Below, piece by piece: positions 13,405 through 28,814 of a stretch of DNA of 64,000 bases (the first letter of the stretch is position 1; every line of letters begins with the position of its first letter). A model generated the notes under the pieces. It was not told the DNA's origin and did no database searches. It was given only the letters and a program-made list of their open reading frames with translations. The stretch spans positions 62,001 to 126,000 of the forward strand of contig NW_021832127.1 of assembly GCF_006345805.1 (NCBI RefSeq), given 5' to 3'. Origin of the DNA: Octopus sinensis. Lineage: Eukaryota. Position numbers and translations under genes: made by a program.

Positions 13405-15380
13405 GACGGCGGAGTTCGTCCTATCGCCGTCGGGAACATTTTCCGACGCCTGGCTTCAAAGCTCGCCTGCTGGTCGGTCTCCCCGGAACTTGCAAAAGCT
13501 TTCCTCCCGTTACAGCTAGGAGTTGGGGTTCCCTCAGGCTGCGAGGCAGCGGTGCATGCCGCCAGACGCTGTGTGACCGAGAGTTTACATCCCCGAATTC
13601 TAGTCAAACTAGACATTACCAACGCATTTAACAGTGTCCGCCGCGACTCTGTGCTGGAATCTTGCTTTCTTCGTTGCCCATCCATTTATCGGTTCGTGCA
13701 CCAAAGCTACGGCTCTCCTACTCTTCTTATCTCCGGCTCTTCCACCATTATTTCCGCCACCGGTGTACAACAGGGCGATCCTCTCGGCCCTCTCCTTTTT
13801 TCGCTGGCCATCGATGAAGCGGTCCGCTCGTGCACTTCTGAGCTCAACGTCTGGTACCTCGACGACGCCTCCATTGGAGACCCGGCCGATACTGTTGTAA
13901 ATGACCTGAACAATGTGGCTCCGATACTGGCTTCTATAGGCCTTACCGTGAACCCACAAAAATCAGAGATTTTCAATATTGGATACGACCATGCACTCTT
14001 TACTCTGGAAATCCAGCCCCTGTTTGACCATCATCTCCCAGCCATACGCACCGTTCTGCCCGAAGAACTTACTCTTCTCGGTACGCCTCTATTCTCGTCC
14101 GGAATCCCATCTTTCCTCTGCGCTAAACTTCTTAATATGGAAAAATCATTCGACACTCTTAAATCCATCGACGCCCATGTGGCTTTCTTTCTACTGAAGA
14201 ACTTTCTTGCCTTTCCTCGTTTGGAGTATGCACTTCGCACTTCTCCCTGTTTCCGATTCCCGGATGCAGTCGGAGAATTCGATTCGCTGCTCAGGAATAC
14301 TCTCGTTCAAATCTCAAACGTACATTTTGACGAAATGGGCTGGAAACAGGCTATCCTGCCTATCAGGGACGGGGGTCTCGGATTCCAAGCCCCCTCGGTC
14401 CTCTCCCTGCCATGCTTTCTTTTTTCCTCTCACCGATGCATGCCTCTCGTAGTCCAGATCCTTCCTCCTCCCTCTGGATCGCTCACGGACTCAGAGCTTT
14501 CATACGGCACATCGTTGTGGACAGATTGCGGACTAAAAACTCCCGTTGACCTATGCCTTATGCGCGAGTGGACGGAGATCAGCAGCTCTCAGTCTTTCCG
14601 GTACTTACTGTCTCACGGAGACCAACACCGGCGTGCTTGTCTGTTGTCTGGAGCATCTCCACGCACTGGCGCCTGGATCAACGCCTATCCTTCTCCTGCA
14701 GCTGGAACCTTCCTGGACCCAGACTGTTTAAGAATCGGAATATCTCTCCGACTCGGCTTGGACATTTGCCAGCCTCACCAATGCCGTTGCGGGCCTCATA
14801 TAGACCGCAAAGGTCTACACCCGCTCTCCTGCCGCAAATGCCCTGGGAGGTTCCCCAGGCACGGACAGCTTAATTCCATAATAAAGCGTCTGCTCGAGGC
14901 AACCGGCATCCCGTGCCAGCTGGAGCCCTCTGGCCTTAACAGGGGCGATGGCAAGAAGCCGGACGGCGTCTCGCTCTTCCCGTTCAAGTGCGGCAAAGCG
15001 ATCGTCTGGGACGCGACATGCTCTGACACTTTTGCGTCAACATGCCTTCTCGCGTCCGCGATCGAAGCTGGCACAGCGGCGAGGAGGGCAGAGACCCGGA
15101 AGAAAGACAAGTACGCCTCGCTCGCCGACAGATTCCTCTTTGTGCCTGTTTCAGTCGAAACATCAGGCACATTCTGCCCAGCCACGCTACGTTTTCTCAC
15201 CGAGAGAGGCCGTCACCTCGGGAGGATTAGAAACGACCCCCGCGAGGTCAATCGGCTTTTTGAGCGCGTCTCAATAGCCGTACTCAGGGGGAACAGTTTC
15301 TCTATTCTCTCTGCGGCTAGTAGCTGACTCCCTGTTCCATTTTCTTTTCTACTTGTTAATTATTTTTTTTAAAAAAAAAA
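13405..15380 (+). mobile_element. 5'-truncated CRE-like retrotransposon with uninterrupted RT-zinc finger-RLE frame
   Basis: Open frame 13405-15327 (in frame with ORF 13552): DGGVRPIAVG, KLDITNAFN, GVQQGDPLGPLLF, WYLDD, GDGKKPDG, VLRGNS; poly(A) at 15371-15380; near-TSD ACATTTT(T)GTTATT. Confidence 0.93.
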
Positions 15381-15513
15381 CATTTTGTTATTTAGTGGAT
15401 TTTTAAAAACACGATATAGTAAATCTAGAAAATCTTTTGATTTTGATATTATAGAATCAAGATTTTTTTAAATTTATTATAATTCAATTAAAAAGAATTG
15501 TAATTTACTAAAA

Positions 15514-15650
15514 GTTAACAAAGCCATCCATCCGAAGTGGACCCCGCCAACATTATTGACGTTGCATTGCCTCTCACGATAGCAACGGAGATCAACAGGA
15601 GAAGCCACCGGGTCTCACGTGTGTCGTGGGAATCACGATTATCGGCCATT
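15514..15650 (-). mobile_element. Short CRE-like 3' end, tail-to-tail with the preceding copy
   Basis: Encodes DTRETRWLLLLISVAIVRGNATSI; 93 bp match to 31571-31663 in reverse complement. Confidence 0.75.
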
Positions 15651-15779
15651 TTTAAAAAGGACGAAAAATGACGAACTGTGAAATTTCACAAATAATCAAT
15701 AAAATTTTTGAATGAAATAATTAACCGCATGTAGGCAAAAATATGAAGTTTTATCACGAACAGAAATCTGTAAACATGT

Positions 15780-16477
15780 CTATGTTAAGTTTAGTCTCGT
15801 AGAAAAAATTTTACTTAAAAATAGTTTAAAATTGAATTTTAAATATAAATCAAACAAGTTTGCATCCGTTATCCGAGATCTATATTGACTTTTTAAATAT
15901 TTCATTTTGGAAAATATAGACTCACATAAATATGTGCTTCCGAATAAAATGTGAATATTTCTTGCCATTTCACGTAAATTTGGATAATCTGTCGCTGATT
16001 TCCATACATTCAACAAATCTTCGCTTTCATTAAATTTATTTATCAAAATTAAATCATTTTTTAATTTCAATAATTCAATTTGAAATTCCAATGGCGCATT
16101 CTCAATCGAAAAACTATGTGGTCCTGCAGTTAATTGAAGTTTGAGTTCAATTTTTTTAAATTCGTTAAATCGCTTTTCAAATTGTTTCAAAATATAATCG
16201 AATATAGTATTAAATGTATTTGGTGTAAGATCGTCATAATTAATTATTTTGTCATCAATGAGATTTTTGACTTTTTGAAAATGAAATAATTCATTTTTTT
16301 CTATGTGAATCTTCAGTAGGCGGCATGTATCCTTTTATGGATATTTTTAATTATTATTTAGGGTTTTTCTTGATTAATTAACACTATGAGCATTATATTT
16401 AAGATTAGTTGCTCGATGACCTAATTGTGCCCACGGCCGCACATTCATCGACTCAAGGCCGCACTTGCGCACCCCTG
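15780..16477 (-). mobile_element. hAT (GTF2IRD2/SPIN-like) remnant with one terminus
   Basis: C-terminal hAT motif LFGSTYLCESIFSKMKYLKSQYRSRITD; TIR CAGGGGTGCGCAAGTGCGGCC ending at 16477 flanked by TTCTAGAC. Confidence 0.75.
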
Positions 16478-16573
16478 TTCTAGACCTACCATCAGCTACG
16501 TCATATATCAGTATATAAATGTAATCAATATATAAATTACAAAGGGAAATCAAATGAAAGAAAATAACAAGAA

Positions 16574-17985
<1,412 letters not shown>

Positions 17986-18138
17986 TAAAGTTTCTTTAAA
18001 GAATAGAGAAAAGTGATACCAGAATATAAAAAGCATGAAGAAATTAAATAATTTTTCACGTTTTTAAATAATAATAAAATAAATTTTTTAATAATTAATT
18101 CTTAACACCTTATTTGTTTTTCTATTGATAATGTAGTT

Positions 18139-18575
18139 ATGGCGGGTGCAAGAAAGGTTAACTTCCTGAAGGCCTTCCTGAAGAACGCAGGAGAATGCAA
18201 AGGCCTATATGGCCAAACAACATATATAACCAATACTTGGAACCTACGATCGGATATACGTGCGGAATCTGGGGAACAAACTTAAGTGCAAACAATCAAT
18301 CAAAAATCGACAAAATTCGGTTGAAAGCGACAAACCTGCTAAATACTTTTTCCGATAAAGAGATTATCCCAAAAGCCTGGGACAACATCATAAAGTCATC
18401 TGCAATCCATCTACGAGAGGTTCGTCCTGAAAATCCCCGTCCGTACCGAAAATGCGTCGGGACAACGGCGGAACATCGGGAGAGGCTGCGCGAACTGCTG
18501 AGGGAGGCTGGGATCACCTGAATTCTTCTTTCTTTTGTCTATGACGGTGGTTTTCTGGTTCAATAAATAAAAATA
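18139..18575 (+). mobile_element. 3' fragment of a LINE family ending REAGIT*
   Basis: IYNQYLEPTIGYTCGIWG (post-RT motif) ...LLREAGIT*; paralogous to 48134-48750; TAAA-rich tail. Confidence 0.7.
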
Positions 18576-18779
18576 AACAAAAATTCTAACTTCTGCCGTC
18601 TATATTTACGATGTTACTCCTGGCTGATACTCTGTTCGTGTGCTGCTGACATTAGAAAAATTATCTATGATTTTTCGACCATTGGATGATCGCTTAACTC
18701 TTAGAAATGCAGTACAATGCGACCTCAAATTGGAGAAATTTTTCCTTTATTTTTGAGGTTTTCCCCATAAAAAGAGTTT

Positions 18780-19300
18780 TCTCCTCATTTCCTTGTTAAA
18801 TCAAGATAACCAATTTTCGAAAATATTTTTGTCATCAACGCGTTTCAAAATAATCATATTCAATGCCGATTTCTTTCAGATTTACACCTTTTAATACTCT
18901 TGGTAATTTCGTACGCCCATTTATAAGCTGTTTATCTTTTTCTACTCTGTTACTGCAACACTAAAAAGGTTCATACGTTCTTTTCTTATTTTATGTTTGT
19001 TGTGTGATTTGTTTCTTTCAACAAAACTTTTTTTAATAGTTTTATAAAAGAATGCAGTTTTATCACAGCTGAAAATCTTTCTTCAGCTATAGTTTTTAAG
19101 CAAATCATTGAAAATCGATCGTAAGTTTTCCGCAACTCTTTTATCGGCTGATCGTGATTTGCCTTTCGACCTGGAATACGAATAATCTTGTAAACTTTGG
19201 CATCACTTTGTATCCAATTATTTCTTCGGATGTTGAGAAGGCATGAGCTAGAATTCTTTTCTTTTTAAGTCGATATAGCATTCATTTATAGATGTTAAAG
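18780..19300 (-). mobile_element. pogo/Tigger-like transposase remnant
   Basis: KIFSCDKTAFFYK (IFNCDET-like), KERMNL, KLPRVLKG motifs with stops and frameshifts. Confidence 0.65.
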
Positions 19301-20720
19301 CCTTTAAATCATTTTATTCTTAGGACCAGACTATATATCCTTGCAAATTCTGCCTAGGGAGGATGAGGTCCCTGGTCGAGTGCATCGGCATCACGGGACG
19401 TTTGTTTGATTTTTACCGTGGTTCTGGCGGTTAAATAAATAAACAGGTTAAAAATTCAATTTGTTCAACTTGCGTCAATTTCCTCATCTATAAAAAATGT
19501 CTTTTCGATAATATAAATAATTAATTCAAAGAATTGAAACTAATCCTGAAAAGGTAAGATCGATATTAATTCTCCTCTGTTTTGAAGAATTTAAATAAAA
19601 TCTAGTCTTTTATAAAAACTAAATTCGTTAGTGATTACAAAAATCCTAAAAAATGAATTAAAATCGCAAGCATGCAAAAAAATGATTGCTAAATTCCAAA
19701 TCGAAATGAAGTGATGCTCTTTTGGTTTCTAAACTATTCGGTAACTCTAGAAAAAGTTGCCAAGTGTCTTCACCAACCAGGTAGATGCCACTGCGTTATC
19801 AACACCGTCTCGTTTAAGTTATTTCCGAAAAAGAAATGACTTGATATCTAAAAAATGTACCTGAGATGTTATTTAAGTTACATTATTAACCGCAAATAAA
19901 ATCGCAGATCCCGGCGTTCGGGAACTCAATTTCTTTAATCGAATTGGTGTTGGAAAGTATGTCTACAAAGTAAACCCTAAAACTACAAAACCAAAAAAAA
20001 GTTTTAATACGTTTAATTTGTTCAATATATTAAAATTTAACGAATCATATGCAAAATTTGCAACGACTTAAGAGCGTGATTCTGAAAATTTGTTTGAAAA
20101 TATAAACAATATGATTTATTGAATTTAAATTCTTCGATAAGCATTTCTATATATCGAAATCTATTAATCCCATTTTTTTCTGGATTGTAAAAAACATTTG
20201 GGATAAAACATTTACAACTATAACACAATTATTATTTAAAACATTTTTAAATAAATCATTTATGAATTATTATAAAAATAAATTTAAGAAAAATTTATGA
20301 AACTTACTATCACATTTAATGATCTTTAGAAACGAATGTTTAGAATCGATTCGGCACATGATCTTAACGTATTATCAATGGAATGCAATATTTTATATCG
20401 TATAAAACAGGGCGAGCATCTCAATAAGTATAATAGTTTGAGGAGGGGAATGCAATATTTGAGGAGGAAAAGGGTCTCCATATTTTATATATTCTAAGTA
20501 TTGCACTATGGAAGATAAACTTACTTTTTTGCAAACTCAATTAACAATCCTTGCTTTTTTGCCATAAGATAATTTGTTCCTTTGACAACTTGATCGTTGT
20601 AGCTTTCAATTTTGATCTGTGGACGACTATATATTCTATGGCGTTCATAATACTGTCATTGAATAAATATTCATTAAAGATAAAATATTTCTTTTTGATC
20701 TTTCTATTTATCACTTAAAG

Positions 20721-21778
20721 CAGGTGTTCTCAACCGGGGGCGAATCGCCCCCCTAGGGGCGAAAATTTTGAACAGGGGGGCGATAATTTTGTACAGGGGG
20801 GCGATTTTAAAATAGCACGCTGTTTTTACATTCTTGTTTGGTATCTAAGATGTCTTCTCGCTCAAATAAGAAAAGTCGTCATTATCAAAACGAATATTTA
20901 AAATATGGGTTTATTCAAAGTACTGAAGATACAAAACAGCCTTATTGTCTTATTTGTCAATGTTCTTTCTCAAATGAGGCGATGAAGCCATCACGATTAC
21001 AGGATCATCTAAAACGCAAGCACTCGGATAAAATGTCAAAGCCGATTGAATATTTTCAAAATTTAAAATACAATTTTGAAAATAAGAAAACGATCAAATC
21101 GTTATTCACAAAGCCAGTACATGATGGTTATTTAACATTTATTTATATGTAGTTGTGGGTGCGCACATCGCTTCTTATAAAATTGCTGAAATTATTGCGA
21201 AAACTTCCAGTTCTCATACTATCGCAGAAAATGCAATAATTCCATTACTGGAAGTAATAATATCGGATGTAATGCATCAAGATGCTTCTAAAATTATTAA
21301 AAGTCTACCTCTTAGCAATGATTCGATTATTATTATTATTTAAGCCACACAAAATCACCGTCTTAACCATTAACTAACACGTTCAGGTGATTCGTCGAAG
21401 AATTGATGAAATGGGTGACAATGCAAAAGAAATCCTTATTGAAAAACTGAAGCGAAGTAAGTTTTCATTACAAATTGATGAAAGCGTCATTGTAGATAGC
21501 AAAGCTGTTTTAATGGGATTTAAACCCGACATAGAATATTTAGCGAGTAAACATCAATATCAAGGGTCTCACTAATAATTTTTAATAAAAATTCAATTTT
21601 TTACATTTGATTTATTATTTTATATTTTGATTTTTGAGTTATATACAAAAAACAACCAATTAAGGGACAATGCCCAAAAATTTTTAAATTGTATGTGGAC
21701 AAGGGGGCGATAAAATTTCAAAGGAGGGCGATAAAATATCTAAGGGGGCGATGAACAAAGAAAGGTTGAGAATGCCTG
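20721..21778 (+). mobile_element. Internally deleted Buster-type hAT
   Basis: TIR CAGGTGTTCTCAACC / GGTTGAGAATGCCTG; TSD ACTTAAAG / AGTTAAAG; BED finger CLIC...MKPSRLQDHLKRKH, SHTIAE, FSLQIDES, SKHQYQGSH; 26-nt intron 21127-21152. Confidence 0.9.
21326..21387 (-). mobile_element. 62-nt severely truncated LINE 3' UTR insertion inside the hAT transposase
   Basis: Minus strand (ATC)ACCTGA...GACGGTGAT...(TAA)n matches the 3' ends at 18510-18570 and 48695-48750; TSD TGATTCG at 21319-21325 and 21388-21394. Confidence 0.7.
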
Positions 21779-22559
21779 AGTTAAAGGACTTACTCAGTAC
21801 CCTATGCGATTTCAAAACAATATTTACATGATGCATCTGCGTAATTTTTCTTGAAATAAGATTGTTTTTGTGATGTTTATACATTTACATTAGGTCATTC
21901 TTGAATGATATTTATGTTAAACTTCATTAAAAATGAATTTGTAGTTATGATTATATTTCATAATCCGAACAGCAAATATTTTTCCAGAATCATCCAATAC
22001 ATTGCATTAGCAATGGAGCAACTGTTTCTATTAATCCTTTAGTAAATTCGTCAAGATTTTAAAGGGATAATCTTAGAAGTTTTACTTTAATGCATAGGTA
22101 ACTCTTATTTAAACACTCTTTAATCGTGTTTAATCTAAAAACGATCCATAACAATTTATCATCAATCAACTGAGAATCAATTTCGCCATCTTCGAATCTG
22201 GACCTGATTAAAGTTTTTGAAATAGATAAAAAAACCTTTCCTAACAATAGGACAGTAAAACATTTCAGAAGACGGATAAGTCCAATTTTTTGAATCAAAA
22301 GAGAACATTGGAATACTTGACGTTTCTTGTTTTTTAGATTACAGAAATTCTCAAAAACTGTATCCTTACTAAGATCTGGAATCTATTTTCTAAGATTTCA
22401 TATTATCGAAAACCATATCCAATCATTTACAATCTCTATACTGTTCTGTGCAATTGGAAACTTCCTTCTGATGGGTTAGAGATTTTCGCATTATTATTAA
22501 CTTCTCTCTTGATATTGGACAAAAACTTCATTTAAAATAAGAAAGAAACTAATTAACTA

Positions 22560-24285
22560 AGTAATTTTACTAACTAAGTCCAGAGCCTTCGAAGTGAGCA
22601 GAAGGCGGCACTCCACGCACCTCCTCCCCTTCTTCCTCCTCTTCTCTGGCACTGTAGACCTTCGAGAAGGTGCAGTCCAGCGCCTCTTGCTGACTAAACG
22701 TCAGGAAAGGGCTGGATCGGCGAGCATCAAACGAGACACTCTCCAGAGTCCTCTTAAGAACAGTTGACTGTATATAAGCCTGTAGAGACTTATCTACATC
22801 CAACTGTTTTAAGTACCGCTTGTGGTATTTGGTGACCAGTCCATCCATGTCATCACACACGGGATGAATGGACTTTGCACTGGTGCATCAGTCCTAGCTC
22901 GTTTGCAAGGAGGTCATACTTCCTCCTTTTCTCCACTTCCACTATCTGCAAACGGTCTAAGCACGTGATGCCCACCTCCACGATAACAATCTCCCCGTTG
23001 ACCTTATCGTGGACCACAATGTCGGGTCTGTTGTGCTGGACAACAATCGAGGTGCGTATGGGGGTATCCACCTTAATGCACACCCTCGAGTTCTCACACC
23101 CGATTGAACTCGATGGGTTCGCAACTTTCTGGACCGCCTCAAGCCGTACTTATTGCAGAGCAAAAGATGGAGGGACCTCACCACCTCGTTATGCCTTCCA
23201 TGTGTAATCATGGTAAAGCATACTCCCGCACTTCGTGGCTAAATGGTCAACGGTCATTGCCTTACTCTTACAGTGGTTACACTGTTTCCGTTGACCATTA
23301 AAAAAGTTTCTATCCTGCAAATATGAGAACAACCCTTCTGATCGGGGGAGTTATTCCCATATTTCAGCCACGTAGATGACGACGATACGTCAATGTGCGG
23401 GTTGTCCAGGCTGCTAAAGAGGAGTCTTGTGAAGGACTTTTAAGTGATCTTTTAATTAAAGACTCCTTTTGAAGTTTGATCAACTCCTTCACATTAACTT
23501 GGGTAGCACTAGACCATACTTAGCCGACACATAGCCTTTTATGGTCCCTAGGTGTGTACCACGCGCTTTTTCAGCAGCAAGGATGGCAGCCTTCCTTTGG
23601 GATACACTCGACCCACTCCACAAGGTGTCGTGCATCTTAGTAAGAATTCGCTCACTTAAGTGTACGATGTTACTCAGTCCACGTCCTAGCTGCCGCGAGA
23701 TAAGTACAATCTCTCCTTATTGCTTGCCAACACGTGGACATGATTCTCTCGGAGTACTCTTCGGACAATAAGGTCCATTTCATCGTACTCACTCGGCTCG
23801 AATTCGATCAGGCCAACGTAGTAGTTTAGCAATGAGATGGCATACTCGTTCAAGGCATGAAATAAGTTCCGTGCATTGAGCCGAGTCTTACATAACATTG
23901 CCGCCCTACTACGCACACCCTCCACTACCACTTTCTCGTTCGGGTGTGATTAATGAGGCTGGACTCTCAACCACACCAAGATACTTATATCCTTGGTGTT
24001 CCTCCAAGACTTTGACTAGGTCACCACACACAGGGGTGTTAGTCGCCGACTTGTCGTAGTTGAGCTCCAACCCCAGGCCTTCATGAAACCTTTCAGGACT
24101 TTACCCATTGAGTGGAGGATCTCTGAAGACCGAGCGAACAGCTTAATGTCGTCTATGAACATGAGATGGTTTGTGCTAAAACACCCTCCTTCATGTTCGA
24201 TCGACATTTGTTCGAATTGGGCAGTGAGGACTCTACTCAACGGTTCTAGGCAGAGGACGAACAGCAGCGGAGACATGCTGTCGTT
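22560..24285 (-). mobile_element. 5'-truncated R4/Dong-like RLE non-LTR retrotransposon, degenerate
   Basis: SPLLFVLCLEPLS, NHLMFIDDIKLFA, YKYLG, KERLYLSR..GRGL, HNEVVRSLH, HNRPDIVVHDK...EVGIT...EKRRKYDLL, GLVTKYHKRY...LKRTLESVSFDARR; intronless and visibly more GC-rich than flanks. Confidence 0.88.
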
Positions 24286-24314
24286 TAAAAATATATAATT
24301 AATTAAATATAAAT

Positions 24315-24358
24315 CAAAATTTGTTCAAATCGAAAATGAGCCACGATGCGCAAAAATC
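24315..24358 (+). repeat. 44-bp direct repeat, copy 1
   Basis: CAAAATTTGTTCAAATCGAAAATGAGCCACGATGCGCAAAAATC identical to 28707-28750. Confidence 0.9.
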
Positions 24359-24463
24359 ATTTAAAATATATTAATTAGAAAACTAAGAAGCAGAATTGAA
24401 TACCAGCTTCGTTGAGAGACGCATGTGACGTAATTACTGTAATGCAATTTATTCAAAAAAAAT

Positions 24464-26750
24464 TTAATTGTTATAATTTTGATAACTTGTTCGAAAAATG
24501 TTTCTATCATCTTGGGACGTATTATTTGAAATTGAAGTGGGAAAAATCAATCCGTTGAAGAATGGCTGAGAATAATTAGAAACTGTGAACAATCGAGGAG
24601 CTACTGACTGAGATGAACCAAATAGAGAGTGAAACACTTGGCCATTGAAAGCCGAGTTTTTAAATGGAAGGTCTCGATGAGTAATGCTGCTACTTCCACC
24701 AAATACAGTATTCATTGAGTCAAAACAAGGCCTCTTATTGGAAGGTAAAGGAAATCTTAGAACATGTGGTTCATATTGGGTATCCTGACAAAGAGAACGT
24801 ACCGATCCTTCTATGACTAAAGAGGGCGGTTCATTCTCAACTTCTAGATTATTTATATCTTTATCCTCGTCAGAATCTTCAATAACAATAACATCGTCTC
24901 CATTCTTCGAAATATTGACCACGCTCTCAGTTATCGGAGTCGGTTCTTTATTTTCAGTGGTATCAAAAATTTGTGAGGGATTCACTGAATCAGAACCACG
25001 CCTCTTATTGGAGGATAAAGAAATCGTAGAATATGTGGTTCATTTTGGATATCCTGACAAAGAGAACGTACTGATCCTTCTATGAGGACTAAAGAGGGCG
25101 GTTCATTCTCAACTTCTAGATTATTTATATCTTTATCCTCGTCAGAATCTTCAATGACAATAACATCGTCTTCATCCTTTAAAATATTCTCCATTCTCAG
25201 TTATCGGAGTAGGTTCTTTATGTTCAGTGGTATCAGAAATTTCTATGAAAATCAACAATAGCAAGCAACCTTTAGCAGATTCCATTTTATCTGAAACACG
25301 GTGCCAAAGCCCATTCTCATCAAACCTAACAGATCTCACGTGATTTTGAGTCTGCATTAAAATGAAGGAGACGTATCTTATGGAATAATATAGTCAAAAC
25401 ACAATACTCGTCAATCTTCACGTAGCAAAAGTCAATAGGCCGAAAACAGATAGGACAGCGCCAATTAGGTCTTTTCTCATTCATTGTGAGAAAAGTATGG
25501 GCATCAAAACATTGAATGGGTCACATTGCGTTGACCTGACCGGAAGAGACAAACGAGTCTGGGATATCTACACATGTAAATAAGGATTTTGAAACAGGAC
25601 ATAGGAGAGAGAGGTATATATCAGTCACAACAGGTTCGTCAGTTTCATTGTTTCCAGAAAGACGTTCAGTGACTGAAAAGTCACTTTATTAGGTCAATAC
25701 TCCATTTCTGAGTCTGTTCAGTTGTTATTAGAGATCGAGATTGTATTTTATTTATTAAATCGTTGGCTGATAATTTTTTGACAACAAAAATTCCCGCGTA
25801 ATATTGATCCTAAAAAAATATATATAAATTACTTTTTCGCTAGAACTGTTACGGACAAATAAAAAATTTGTGCTATTAGGACGTGTAATTGTCACCAGAG
25901 TCACATCAACAGGAATCCGCGGGCGTTTCCGTACTCGTTTTTTGTCGCTTGATAGGGAGGTATGGCTAAATAAAAGGTCGACTTATATAGAATACTGGAA
26001 GATCAACAGATTTTGAGTTGAGTTTACACGTTAAAGTTGACGGATATTTATCACGCAAAACATTTGATTCCAAAACGCCAATTCTAAAATTATTAATTTG
26101 AACTGAACCTAAGTTGTACTTGAAATTCAGTCCTGAATCCCATATAGTCAAAGAATCTGTATTATAAAAATGAAATATCAAAAATTATTTTATATTGAAT
26201 AATATTATTGATAAACATATTTTTTAAACTTTTTAAAAAACAATTACTTTAAATCTGGGAAAGTATTGTAAATTGACTCTGTAAAAGTAAATAAGTTTCT
26301 GCTGTCACCGTCAGTTATATTATCACCTAAAATAATGTATGACAGAAATACCATTTTTGATTAAGGTTGGGAATAAAACTGTGTAAAGGTTTTCATAATA
26401 AGGAATGTCTTCAAATTTAAGAGAATTCAAATCTATCGGAGGAGCAAATTGTACTGTAGGAAATATCGTTTTTATTGGAAATATAGCATTATCGCTATTG
26501 CTAAAATAAAATTTGTTATCAGGTGTACTCAAAAATAGATTTTATTTCTTTCAGAAAATCAGGATTGTAAACTGTTTCTAAATTATCACAAATTCGTTTC
26601 AACAAATCATCTTTATTTCCAGAAATCTTTGCATGAATATAATGACAAAGTTTTTGCAAATCAACTTTTCGAAGTTGCCTGAGTAATATCTATTAAAATT
26701 TCAATATTGATATAAACTATATAAGAGGCCAAAATTTCATTTCTCAACAT
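24464..26750 (-). pseudogene. PIAS: PIAS-family SUMO E3 ligase (SAP, PINIT, SP-RING, duplicated SIMs) with several frameshifts
   Basis: SAP LRQLRKVDLQKLC...GNKDDLLKRI; PINIT LKFEDIPYYE, KYPSTLTCKLN, KRPRIPVDVT; SP-RING LSLLCPISQTRLSLPVRSTQC/IQCFDA...NEKRPNWRCPIC; VRFDENGLW; VIVIEDSDED x2; 28-29 nt introns; at least four small indels. Confidence 0.85.
24730..25243 (-). repeat. ~270-bp tandem duplication in the PIAS C-terminus
   Basis: 24730-24975 and 25000-25243 both encode DTTE.KEPTPITE...DDVIVIEDSDEDKDINNLEVENEPPSLV. Confidence 0.9.
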
Positions 26751-27039
26751 TTTAAAACAAAAATTTCCAAATCTCACTAAAGTGCTTTAATAATATTAGT
26801 CTATTTAGCTAGAAATCAATACTTAAAAAATATTAAGAATAATTAAATCAGCTTATTTTATATAACAAATTAATTATTAATCAATGGAAACTGGTTTAAT
26901 TAAAATACTAAAAATGTATATAAAACAATAATTAATATATAATGCATATTAAATTTATCTTTGTTATAAATAAATTAATTTATTATATGAATTTTATTTT
27001 AAAAATATAAAAATTATTAAAATAAATAAAGAAACTTTT

Positions 27040-28504
<1,465 letters not shown>

Positions 28505-28706
28505 ATATTTCTTGATAATTTTGCTTACTTTTTGAGAAACTAATATTTTAAATACTATCTCAATTTCTTTACTCACTCGTTTATCTTTTTGAAATCTGTG
28601 CATGATCTAATAATTAGATTAGATTCTAATTAATTCGAACAGGCATTAGTATAGAATCTTTGGTCTTTTAAAAAAAGCACTTTAGGTTCCTTCTTTACCC
28701 AGATAA

Positions 28707-28750
28707 CAAAATTTGTTCAAATCGAAAATGAGCCACGATGCGCAAAAATC
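28707..28750 (+). repeat. 44-bp direct repeat, copy 2
   Basis: Identical to 24315-24358. Confidence 0.9.
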
Positions 28751-28814
28751 TTTTTAAAGTATTTCCCTAACTATCTCAGAAGGGCGAATGCTTCAATTTT
28801 ATTACCATTTAGGA

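Noticed and set aside
16395-16510. GC-rich stretch after METAP2 considered as a tRNA or SINE
   Set aside because: No cloverleaf or A/B boxes; it contains a hAT terminus (CAGGGGTGCGCAAG) with an NNNTANNN flank
19325-19445. GC-rich island considered as a hammerhead/HDV ribozyme
   Set aside because: Lacks the CTGANGA...GAAA core; more likely a LINE 3' end with a TAAA tail, too short to call
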